This document shows positions 1-7,364 of a stretch of 30,249 bases of DNA, piece after piece. The notes below the pieces were generated by a model. It was not told the origin of the DNA and searched no databases. It was given only the letters and a program-made list of their open reading frames with translations. Positions within the stretch are counted from its first letter, which is position 1. Every line of letters begins with the position of its first letter. Source of the DNA: a virus. Its lineage: Duplodnaviria; Caudoviricetes. The DNA is taken from positions 1-30,249 of the IMG/VR virus record IMGVR_UViG_3300037424_000503. One strand, given 5' to 3'. The position numbers were made by a program, and so were the translations under genes.

Positions 1-1605
1 CTACAAAAGACGGTTGATGAATTTTCAATTAAGTGTCCAAATCTAATAGAAAGAGCATCAATAGTCCTGTGGCTCAGTAACTTACCACATATAATTCGTT
101 TACCAGATTTGTTTGGTAAACCATGCTACGTGGTCCATGCCGGGGTAGATACCAGATATCAAATAGATCAACAATCTCAAGAAACGTGCATATATATAAG
201 AGGAATAAATCCAAAAAACTACTTTGATGAAAGCTCTGGCATTTGGTATGATACTTTAGATGGGTCATATTATATATTGTCAGGTCACATAGGTTCATTT
301 AATGTTAATCCTGTCCCTTGGAACTTTGCTTTAGACAGAGGATGCGCTTCTGGAGGCAAACTTAGGGCAATGGTTATAGAAAATAATAAATATGAGATAA
401 TAGAAGTGGATGGATTTATGAGAAATTGTCAAATTCCAGAAGAATTCAGAATCCAAGAAGGAACAGACGGTGAACGATTAATAACTCCCGGATTTGCAGT
501 CTCCAATTCTGCGTGGAAGGCCAAAGAACATATTTGGTTGAGATCTTTACATATTGATAAAAATGATGAAGTCATTTCATGTGGTTTCAAAAAGTTTTTC
601 AATATAAACGAAGGCCCCAGAGAATTTCAGATAACGCAAGATAATTTGCTTGACCAGATAGATAGGGGTAAGCCATTGCTTGCGACTCTAAAGATAGACG
701 GTTCGCTTCTTATTCGTTTCGTACACAATGGAAAAGTTAGGTTCAGAACAAGGGGCTCAATGGAGGTTGGTCTAGATAATAAAGACGAGATAGATGTGTT
801 CCTAAAGGAATATCCGAAACTGGGCGACCCGACTTATTACCCAACTATGTCTTTATTATTTGAATGGACAAGCCCAAAAAATCAAATAGTTATAAAATAT
901 GATATACCAGAACTCACACTAGTAGGCGCTGTTCTTCACGGCAAGGGTATAAAATGGTACGATACTGAATTTGATTTAATAGATATTAATGGTCTTAAGA
1001 AAATATCAGGAGATACAGGAATATCCTGTGTCAAGCATTTTAATTTGAAAAACAGAGCAGATGTATTAGATCTAATAGAAAAACTTAAAACAGAAAAAGA
1101 GATTGAGGGTTATGTAATAAGAATGAATAATGACCAAGATATTGTTAAGGTTAAAAGTGATAATTATTTTATTCTTCATGCACTAAAATCGAATCTGAAT
1201 ACAGAATCTTTAATAGATCTTTTTTTATCATGGAATAAACCTGAATTTAAAGAATTTGAAGAAAGATTCATTGCATCCTATGATTATGAAACATGGGCGG
1301 TTGCGATGCCAGCAGTATCTTCTATTTATGATGGAATAAAAGTTGCTAACAGGATTCTCCTTCATATAGAAAATTTTGTTCTAGAATATCAAAACGGATT
1401 TTTAGAGGCTAAAACAAGAAAAGAGTTTGCTTTACTTGCGAAACAAAAATATTCTGGAGAAAAATTGTCAACCTGTTTTTCTATTTTGGATAAAAAACAA
1501 ATCAATAAAAATGCTTTCAAGACATGGGTGCTTCAGAATTGTAAACAGTACGAATTTAGTATGTTTAAAAAAGATATTCAACAAGATGAACTGGAAGATT
1601 CATAA
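1..1605 (+). CDS. 5'-truncated fusion: ApaH/Pnkp-type metallophosphoesterase (C-terminal half) + T4 Rnl1-type RNA ligase
   Basis: Frame 1 is open from base 1 (LQKTVDEF...WLSNLPH), upstream of the track start at 109. Phosphoesterase motifs VHAG, GH, LDRGCASGGKL. Ligase motifs FKKFFNINE, KIDGSL (motif I), FRTRGS, FEWTSPKNQIV, EGYV, KVKS. Confidence 0.85.
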   Translation, partial: LQKTVDEFSIKCPNLIERASIVLWLSNLPHIIRLPDLFGKPCYVVHAGVDTRYQIDQQSQETCIYIRGINPKNYFDESSGIWYDTLDGSYYILSGHIGSFNVNPVPWNFALDRGCASGGKLRAMVIENNKYEIIEVDGFMRNCQIPEEFRIQEGTDGERLITPGFAVSNSAWKAKEHIWLRSLHIDKNDEVISCGFKKFFNINEGPREFQITQDNLLDQIDRGKPLLATLKIDGSLLIRFVHNGKVRFRTRGSMEVGLDNKDEIDVFLKEYPKLGDPTYYPTMSLLFEWTSPKNQIVIKYDIPELTLVGAVLHGKGIKWYDTEFDLIDINGLKKISGDTGISCVKHFNLKNRADVLDLIEKLKTEKEIEGYVIRMNNDQDIVKVKSDNYFILHALKSNLNTESLIDLFLSWNKPEFKEFEERFIASYDYETWAVAMPAVSSIYDGIKVANRILLHIENFVLEYQNGFLEAKTRKEFALLAKQKYSGEKLSTCFSILDKKQINKNAFKTWVLQNCKQYEFSMFKKDIQQDELEDS

Positions 1606-1607
1606 AT

Positions 1608-1889
1608 ATGAAACCACAAATAAAAGAAGAAAAAGGAAGTTTATTAGAAAGATTAAATAGAATTTGGCAAGATACAGATTTAGATGGATGGGGATATTTG
1701 CCCAAGAATAAAACTATTATAATGGATTTCAAAGCTAATTTTTATGATGATTTAATTTTATTTATTAATAAATGGACAGATAAATCTAAAGAATTTTGTG
1801 AAAAATTAAATTGTAATAATTCTCCATTAACAATATATATGCATAAAGAAGATTATGAATTAGAGGATATTCAAAATGAAAACAACTGA
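1608..1889 (+). CDS. hypothetical protein
   Basis: 93 aa ORF, ATG 2 nt after the previous stop, overlaps the next start. Confidence 0.6.
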   Translation: MKPQIKEEKGSLLERLNRIWQDTDLDGWGYLPKNKTIIMDFKANFYDDLILFINKWTDKSKEFCEKLNCNNSPLTIYMHKEDYELEDIQNENN

Positions 1890-2175
1890 TGGGTATAATA
1901 TAATTAAAGGCAAATGGTATTATATAATAAGAGACAATAAAATTGTAAGGGAAAGATGTACATTCTACCGAAAATGGTCTAGTTATGCATATTTTCATAA
2001 ATCATATAGTTTCGAAACGACCATATCTGCAAAAGGAAAAGTTTATTTGCATAAGATAAATGCTCAAAAAAGATTATTAAAAATTTTAAAAGATGATGTT
2101 AAATTTCATAAGAACGAAATGAATAGATACTCAGATTTAACAGAAAATATTAAAAAGAAAATTGGTATAAAATGA
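1876..2175 (+). CDS. hypothetical protein (paralog of 2757-3107)
   Basis: 99 aa, ATGA overlap with the next gene; shared pattern T-x-D...I-x-K...Y...R-x-(R/K)-C and V...NA-x-K. Confidence 0.65.
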   Translation: MKTTDGYNIIKGKWYYIIRDNKIVRERCTFYRKWSSYAYFHKSYSFETTISAKGKVYLHKINAQKRLLKILKDDVKFHKNEMNRYSDLTENIKKKIGIK

Positions 2176-2363
2176 CTAAGAAAGATTTTATAGGATTAGC
2201 TAATACACTTAAACAGTGTCCAGAATTACATTACACAAAATATTTACTTAATATGGCTGATGATCTTGAAAAGAGACATCCAAAATTCAATAAACAATTA
2301 TGGCTTAGTTATATACGTGGTGAATGTGGGCTAAATGGCAGGAAGATAAAAAATGAAAAATGA
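2172..2363 (+). CDS. small conserved-looking phage protein
   Basis: MTKKDF..LA...MADDL....PKFN pattern resembles a recurrent small phage protein family; coupled to both neighbours. Confidence 0.65.
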   Translation: MTKKDFIGLANTLKQCPELHYTKYLLNMADDLEKRHPKFNKQLWLSYIRGECGLNGRKIKNEK

Positions 2364-2514
2364 AATTCTTCAATTGTCTTATATTGTGAATAATTCATGG
2401 AATATATTATTTTGGATTTACATTGCGATGATAATTATTTGGTTTTTGAGCCAAATATTAATGGTTGTTTGTTACAAAAAATATTTTCCGGGAAATAAAA
2501 ATGAAAACAGTTAA
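2353..2514 (+). CDS. small membrane protein (53 aa, absent from ORF track)
   Basis: Hand translation MKNEILQLSYIVNNSWNILFWIYIAMIIIWFLSQILMVVCYKKYFPGNKNENS*; one TM stretch; fills the gap between ORFs. Confidence 0.55.
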   Translation: MKNEILQLSYIVNNSWNILFWIYIAMIIIWFLSQILMVVCYKKYFPGNKNENS

Positions 2515-2755
2515 AAAACGTAATCCTATCATGAAATTCGGCAAATATACATTAAAATATAAACAAATTCTTTATGAAGATAGATATCTATTTCTTTATA
2601 ATGATAAATTTGAAATAGCTAGATTTACAGACATAAATTGCGCTAGAAAAATATTGATTAATTTTTACATAGATATTGTTGGCAAAGTAACTGAAAACTT
2701 TTATGACTTTTTCGATAAAATTGTTGAACACGATACTTATTTGGATAGGAACTAA
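2501..2755 (+). CDS. hypothetical protein
   Basis: Track ORF 2465-2755; ATG 2501 (MKTVKK) preferred over the TTG start. Confidence 0.55.
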   Translation: MKTVKKRNPIMKFGKYTLKYKQILYEDRYLFLYNDKFEIARFTDINCARKILINFYIDIVGKVTENFYDFFDKIVEHDTYLDRN

Positions 2756-2756
2756 A

Positions 2757-3107
2757 ATGAAAGAAAAATGTTTAAAAAATAACAAATTATTAACTGGTGA
2801 TAATGAAGAGATTGCTAAAAATAGATTTTATTTTGTGGTAACAATAAACGATGAAGTTATTAGAACAAAATGTATTTATATAAATAAACTTTTTGCTGAT
2901 TTAGGGATTAAAAATATAACGATATATTTTAAAGATTATGATTTTCCAATTTATCAACCAAGATTAAAATATGAAGTTTTTAGAAATTTTGATAATGCTT
3001 ATAAAAAAGCTTTAAGCAATATTAAATCTCAAAAAAGATTTTTAGATAAAAAACTTATAAAATTGCAAAATGTTAAAAAAACAGATTATGGAAGGAAAAC
3101 AAAATGA
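2757..3107 (+). CDS. hypothetical protein (paralog of 1876-2175)
   Basis: Track ORF 2703-3107; ATG 2757 lies 1 nt after the previous stop. Confidence 0.6.
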   Translation: MKEKCLKNNKLLTGDNEEIAKNRFYFVVTINDEVIRTKCIYINKLFADLGIKNITIYFKDYDFPIYQPRLKYEVFRNFDNAYKKALSNIKSQKRFLDKKLIKLQNVKKTDYGRKTK

Positions 3108-3215
3108 ATAATCTAATAGCTTTCTGGACGGGATATTATTTTTATTGGTATGTTTGGTATAATACTAATGTTTATAAATTCAATAATAGCTTTGGAGTTA
3201 AATAAACTTATATGA
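3104..3215 (+). pseudogene. possible frameshifted small membrane-protein gene
   Basis: The ATGA-coupled start at 3104 (MNNLIAFWTG) and the ATGA-coupled stop at 3213-3215 are in different frames. Removing 1 nt near 3134-3143 gives a hydrophobic 36 aa peptide. Confidence 0.35.
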
Positions 3216-3319
3216 GAATAAGTTGTAAAGAAAAATGGTGTTCATTTTGCATAGTTCTAACAACGATAGCTATTATAATTTATCTAGGTATTGTATCGTA
3301 TATGGAGATTATAAAATGA
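3212..3319 (+). CDS. small membrane protein (35 aa, absent from track)
   Basis: MRISCKEKWCSFCIVLTTIAIIIYLGIVSYMEIIK*; stop overlaps the next ATG (ATGA 3316-3319). Confidence 0.5.
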   Translation: MRISCKEKWCSFCIVLTTIAIIIYLGIVSYMEIIK

Positions 3320-3576
3320 CTAAATGCAAAAAACATCCAAAATATAAAGCAGTATATAAGCCAAGAGCGAAATGTCCAACATGTGAAGTAATCTTTAGAG
3401 AAAAAATTATTTCAATAATAGCAAAGAAGTTTCTTAATATAGACGATTCAAGCGTATACGATTGCTACAATTTGAGTGTTGACAATGTAAAATATGCTTT
3501 AGATCTTTCTTATAGACTAGGAAAGTTTGGGGTAAGTAATACTTTATTTAATGAATTTTGGGTAAATAAGGATTAG
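3316..3576 (+). CDS. hypothetical protein with CxxH...CxxC motif
   Basis: Track ORF 3235-3576; ATG 3316 gives MTKCKKHPKY...CPTC. Confidence 0.6.
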   Translation: MTKCKKHPKYKAVYKPRAKCPTCEVIFREKIISIIAKKFLNIDDSSVYDCYNLSVDNVKYALDLSYRLGKFGVSNTLFNEFWVNKD

Positions 3577-3579
3577 ATT

Positions 3580-3891
3580 ATGAAATTAAAATTAAAGAAG
3601 AATTCATCAATTAGAAAAAATGGACTTTATGATTTAGAAAAAATATTTGGGGACTGTGATGGTCATGGTTGTGGTTTTGGAGGAGAAGATATTTCATGGT
3701 ATCTTTCTAATTACAAAAAAAGCACCTACGATAGATTAGATATTTCTGAAGAAAATGGAAAAATTATTGTAAGCATTCAAAAAGTATATAATGATGATAT
3801 TACAGATCCAGAAGATTTAGATGTTAATGATATGCCAAAGAAATGGCAAAATAAATTTAATAAATTTGTTAAAGAACATTGTCTTAAATAA
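3580..3891 (+). CDS. hypothetical protein
   Basis: 103 aa with glycine-rich DGHGCGFGGED motif. Confidence 0.65.
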   Translation: MKLKLKKNSSIRKNGLYDLEKIFGDCDGHGCGFGGEDISWYLSNYKKSTYDRLDISEENGKIIVSIQKVYNDDITDPEDLDVNDMPKKWQNKFNKFVKEHCLK

Positions 3892-3900
3892 AGTGAAAAT

Positions 3901-3921
3901 GTATAAAATACAGGTATAAAA
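3901..3921 (+). promoter_or_regulatory. putative promoter (-10-like GTATAAAA twice)
   Basis: GTATAAAA at 3901-3908 and GGTATAAAA at 3913-3921, at the start of the only long intergenic gap; resembles GGTATAAT at 16681 and 25016. Confidence 0.4.
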
Positions 3922-3932
3922 CATAGTCTCTT

Positions 3933-4112
3933 AAAATTCGTTAGGTTGCGCAGGTTGAACGGTGGAACAAAAAGCTACAACGACACAAAAATGTCGGAAT
4001 AAGTCAATGGCGCAAATTTATGAATTTTCTGTGCCACTAGTTTGGCACACACTAGAACCAAAAGGGTTCTAGAACAAAACATAATTTGGTTTCGTAGTAA
4101 ATTTGGAAACCA
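3933..4112 (+). ncRNA. putative structured non-coding element (ncRNA or origin hairpins)
   Basis: 3933-3951 pairs with 4010-4028 (15 WC, 2 GU, 2 mismatches). Further hairpins at 3981-3996, 4030-4049 (7 bp), 4052-4072 (8 bp), 4087-4112 (7 bp). No credible ORF. Confidence 0.45.
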
Positions 4113-4210
4113 TTAAGAACCTAAGAAACCATTAAGGAAGGGAAACCTTAAGGGGGGTAGGGGGGTTATAGGAAGGGATAGATTAAGGAAGTTGAGGAAT
4201 TTAAGGAAAG
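4106..4210. repeat. purine/G-rich short direct-repeat tract
   Basis: GAAACCATTAAG at 4106-4117 and 4125-4136, GAAACCTTAAG at 4142-4152, TTAAGGAA at 4132, 4183 and 4201; G6-TA-G6 at 4152-4165. Confidence 0.7.
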
Positions 4211-4219
4211 AAAGTATAT

Positions 4220-4236
4220 GCATGACAGAGAATATT
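4220..4236 (+). repeat. direct repeat copy 1 (GCATGACAGAGAATATT)
   Basis: 16/17 identical to 4999-5015; the two copies flank the nuclease ORF. Confidence 0.75.
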
Positions 4237-4260
4237 AGTTTGTATAGTGTTGGTTAGACT

Positions 4261-4989
4261 ATGAAAAATAAATTAAGGTTTAGAGTAATAGGATACTCTA
4301 AAAGCAAAGATGATATTGTAGAATTAAAGAAATTTACTAGTAGAATTAAAGCAGAAAAGGGAATAGCCAAGTTTTTAAAAAATAAAAATCTTTCTGATCT
4401 AAAGATTCTTTCTGTTAAGGAAAAAATTCCAAAGATACAATTGGATAATATAATCTCATTTAATGACGATAAATTATTGAATGTACATTTTAAAATTAAA
4501 AATGATAAATACGAATTTTATTTCCGTGGCAGAAAATTTAAAAAAAGACAAACTGTAATAAGAGGTATAGAGTTTAAAGATATTAAAAATTTACAAATTG
4601 ATAACGATAAAAATAAAAGATTTCTTTTATTAAATAATCTATATTTAGAAGAATGGATATTGTCTAGCAGATTTTATTCTAGTAAAATAACTGATTCAGA
4701 AAAAATTATTATTGATATTTTGGATAAATTAAAAATAAAATATATGACACACCCTGTATTAGCACTAAATAAAACTAAATTTATAATTCCGGATTTTCTT
4801 TTAATGTCAAAAGAATTAGTTATATTAGAAATAGATGATTCATCTCATTTAGATAAAAAAGAAAAGGATAAAAATAGAGATGAAATGCTAAAAAATATAG
4901 GTTTTAAAGTTTTAAGAATAAAAAATAAAGACACAAGAGTTTATGGTGAAGAAAAAATGAAAAGTATATTAAATTCAAATACGTGCTGA
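4261..4989 (+). CDS. DUF559/Vsr-like (EDxHD-type) endonuclease with basic N-terminal region
   Basis: C-terminal TDSE...PDF...LEIDDSSH...DKNRDEML..IGFKVLRI.N pattern. Confidence 0.8.
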   Translation: MKNKLRFRVIGYSKSKDDIVELKKFTSRIKAEKGIAKFLKNKNLSDLKILSVKEKIPKIQLDNIISFNDDKLLNVHFKIKNDKYEFYFRGRKFKKRQTVIRGIEFKDIKNLQIDNDKNKRFLLLNNLYLEEWILSSRFYSSKITDSEKIIIDILDKLKIKYMTHPVLALNKTKFIIPDFLLMSKELVILEIDDSSHLDKKEKDKNRDEMLKNIGFKVLRIKNKDTRVYGEEKMKSILNSNTC

Positions 4990-4998
4990 TGCACGTTA

Positions 4999-5015
4999 GC
5001 ATGACAGAAAATATT
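4999..5015 (+). repeat. direct repeat copy 2 (GCATGACAGAAAATATT)
   Basis: See 4220-4236; preceded by the inverted repeat ACGTGC-TGAT-GCACGT at 4981-4996. Confidence 0.75.
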
Positions 5016-5135
5016 TTTTTGTTTGGATTAATTATGGCGAGTGATGAAACTTTTTATTTTTGGTGTTCTGTTATAGGTTTTATTTGTTGGGTGTTTTTAT
5101 TATTAATTTCTGATCGCGGTAAAGGTGTAAAATGA
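5001..5135 (+). CDS. small membrane protein (44 aa, absent from track)
   Basis: MTENIFLFGLIMASDETFYFWCSVIGFICWVFLLLISDRGKGVK*; stop overlaps ATG 5132. Confidence 0.55.
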   Translation: MTENIFLFGLIMASDETFYFWCSVIGFICWVFLLLISDRGKGVK

Positions 5136-5326
5136 AAAAATTATCTTCTAATTATAAAAGAAAAATAAAGATGATACCAGATCTTAGTAATCTAGATTTG
5201 ATTCAAGAATATCAGAGTTCGTCTTCTGATATAGATTATCATATGTCAGAAACCGGCTTACCTTGCGATGATATATTTCAATATAATATCGAATTAGAAG
5301 AAGAAATTCTTAGGAGAATGAATTAA
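5132..5326 (+). CDS. hypothetical protein
   Basis: 64 aa ORF with ATGA-coupled start. Confidence 0.6.
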   Translation: MKKLSSNYKRKIKMIPDLSNLDLIQEYQSSSSDIDYHMSETGLPCDDIFQYNIELEEEILRRMN

Positions 5327-5381
5327 ACGAGGGTAGAATAGATGCTTTCGAACAAATCTTAGAATTATTGGAAAATTGTTA

Positions 5382-5603
5382 ATGGAATGTTTTTTTTGTA
5401 AAGAAAAATTTAAAATTAATGATAAGATTTATAAAATTGTTCCGTGCTTCGTTTTATATGCGGAAACTTTAGAGTATAATCGTGTGAAAGAAGCTTTTGT
5501 ATGTCACGAAAATTGCTTATTAAAGAATAATAAGACAGAAAAAATTTGTAATGACGCCGTAGAGAGAAATAATATATTGGATTTATTGGTGAATAATGAA
5601 TAA
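5382..5603 (+). CDS. small zinc-binding protein
   Basis: CFFC...CHENC; ATG 5382 within track ORF 5376-5603; overlaps the start of the BrxL-like gene. Confidence 0.6.
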   Translation: MECFFCKEKFKINDKIYKIVPCFVLYAETLEYNRVKEAFVCHENCLLKNNKTEKICNDAVERNNILDLLVNNE

Positions 5604-6996
5604 TGTAAAAAATATATTTCCTGAAAATGGAGTAGTAATAAATAAATCTATTTCTAATAATTTTAGAAAGCTTCCAAATTTTGTATCAGATTATTTAGTT
5701 TCACAACTCGTTGATCCTACAAATCCTGAAATCGGAATTCAAAAAATAACTAAGATACTAGAAGAAAATTTTATAGATTCTGATAAAAAGGAATTAGTAA
5801 AAAGCAGGATAAAAGAACTAGGAAGATATTCTTTCTTGGGCAATATTAATTGTAGATTTGACCAGAATAAAAATGAATATTTTGCATCCGTAAATGTTCT
5901 AGAAGATAATAATATTAGGATAAGTCCTGATGTTTTAGAAAAATATGGTGATATACTCCTAACTACGGGATGTTATGGTAGCTTATTGGTAGCTTTTGAA
6001 CCATTTACTTTAACAAAAAAGAAGAATTATCCATTTATTATAATAGATTTCGTTCCTTTTCAGATAACAAATATAAACATAAATTCATATATAGAAAAAA
6101 GAAAAAACTTTTTAACTGATGAATGGATTGATATTATAATTAACAGTATTGGATTCAATCCAGAATATTTGACTAGAGAACAAAAATTATTGTATGTATG
6201 TAGGCTAACTCCTTTTGTAGAATCTAATCTTAATACTATAGAATTAGGGGGAACAGAAACTGCTAAGACACATATATACAGAAATCTTAGCCAATATGGT
6301 ATATTACTTTCTGGTTCTAATCCATCTATGGCAAGTCTCTTTTATAATAAACTAAGAAGAACAGTAGGAATTCTTTGCAAGAAAGACTGCGTTATATTCG
6401 ATGAGATATCTGGAACTAAATTTAATGATGAAGAACTAATAAATTCTCTAAAAGATTTTATGAATAGCGGAAAATTCTCAAGGGATAGAGTCGAATTAAC
6501 TTCTGGATGTTCTGTTGTATTTATAGGAAATATTGATACTGACACAAATAAACAAGAAGTTAAAAATTATTATCACCACCTATTTACACCACTACCAGTT
6601 AAGATAAGAAATGACAGGGCGTTTCTAGATAGGATTCACGGATTCTTACCGGGATGGAAACTACCAAGAATATCTGTGTCTAGCCTATCTTCAGATTATG
6701 GATTTATGGCAGATTATATAAGTGAAATATTTCACAGATTTCGGGACATAGATTATTCTGATATTATTAAATCGAAGATTAAATTTGATAATTCAAGTTT
6801 TAGAAATCAACAAGCCGTAACCAAACTTTGTTCCGCATTAATTAAAATAATCTATCCCGACAAAAATATAACGGATAGTGAATTAAATGAAATTCTCAAT
6901 ATTGCCATTGATCTAAGACAAAGAGTTATTGATCAATTGGGAATAATAGCACCAAGCGAATTCAAAGGAATTAAAATACAATGTTCAATACTATAG
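5596..6996 (+). CDS. brxL: BrxL-like AAA+/MCM-related ATPase lacking the Lon protease domain (TIGR02688-like)
   Basis: BrxL signatures: LPNFVSDYL, FLTDEWIDIIINSIGFNP, RLTPFVESNLNTIELG, SLFYN...VG, VIFDEI, LKDFMNSGKFSR, VFIGNI, AFLDRIHGFLPGWKLP, YGFMADYISEIFH, LRQRVIDQL. 466 aa; ends before any Lon domain. Confidence 0.85.
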   Translation: MNNVKNIFPENGVVINKSISNNFRKLPNFVSDYLVSQLVDPTNPEIGIQKITKILEENFIDSDKKELVKSRIKELGRYSFLGNINCRFDQNKNEYFASVNVLEDNNIRISPDVLEKYGDILLTTGCYGSLLVAFEPFTLTKKKNYPFIIIDFVPFQITNININSYIEKRKNFLTDEWIDIIINSIGFNPEYLTREQKLLYVCRLTPFVESNLNTIELGGTETAKTHIYRNLSQYGILLSGSNPSMASLFYNKLRRTVGILCKKDCVIFDEISGTKFNDEELINSLKDFMNSGKFSRDRVELTSGCSVVFIGNIDTDTNKQEVKNYYHHLFTPLPVKIRNDRAFLDRIHGFLPGWKLPRISVSSLSSDYGFMADYISEIFHRFRDIDYSDIIKSKIKFDNSSFRNQQAVTKLCSALIKIIYPDKNITDSELNEILNIAIDLRQRVIDQLGIIAPSEFKGIKIQCSIL

Positions 6997-7364
6997 AAGA
7001 TATTTGGAGAGATATTAAAGAATTTGAATTTAAGAATAGAATAAAACCTAATGTTATTTTTATTTCAAGAAAAAATAAAGCTCATTTTTTTCAACTAATT
7101 AATAGTGATTATTACTATTATTGCAACAGTTCTAATCCTCAAGACTTTAATAGATTTACACTATTTGGATTGTTGGTAAGGTTTACAGAATCATTAGATG
7201 AAGTAGATTATATAGCAGAATTTGATAAATCATCTTTTCAAAATTTTTATTTAGAATATTTTAATTGTCCACCACCAGAATATATTGCAAAAATGGTTCC
7301 TGAAAAACCCCGTTTATTACCAGAGAAAACAAAACAAAAGAAGAAAAGGAGAATTATTCTATGA
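6981..7364 (+). CDS. hypothetical protein
   Basis: 127 aa, overlaps both neighbours, basic C-terminus. Confidence 0.6.
   Translation: MFNTIEDIWRDIKEFEFKNRIKPNVIFISRKNKAHFFQLINSDYYYYCNSSNPQDFNRFTLFGLLVRFTESLDEVDYIAEFDKSSFQNFYLEYFNCPPPEYIAKMVPEKPRLLPEKTKQKKKRRIIL

Noticed and set aside
1427-1660. + strand ORF overlapping the ligase 3' end
   Set aside because: Alternative frame almost wholly inside 1-1605 and 1608-1889; TTG start, no motif.
4113-4223. 36-codon minus-strand ORF (MHILSFLKF...PLPPLRFP) across the G tract
   Set aside because: Low-complexity by-product of the purine-rich repeat, against the direction of all other genes.
3892-4260. CRISPR array, tRNA or group I intron in the long gap
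   Set aside because: Repeats are 8-12 nt and irregularly spaced with no spacer pattern; no cloverleaf or TTCGA T-loop; no recognisable intron core or interrupted host gene.
4981-5020. Intrinsic terminator after the DUF559 nuclease gene
   Set aside because: The 6 bp hairpin is separated from the T run (5014-5020) by about 17 nt, and that run lies within a probable coding frame.
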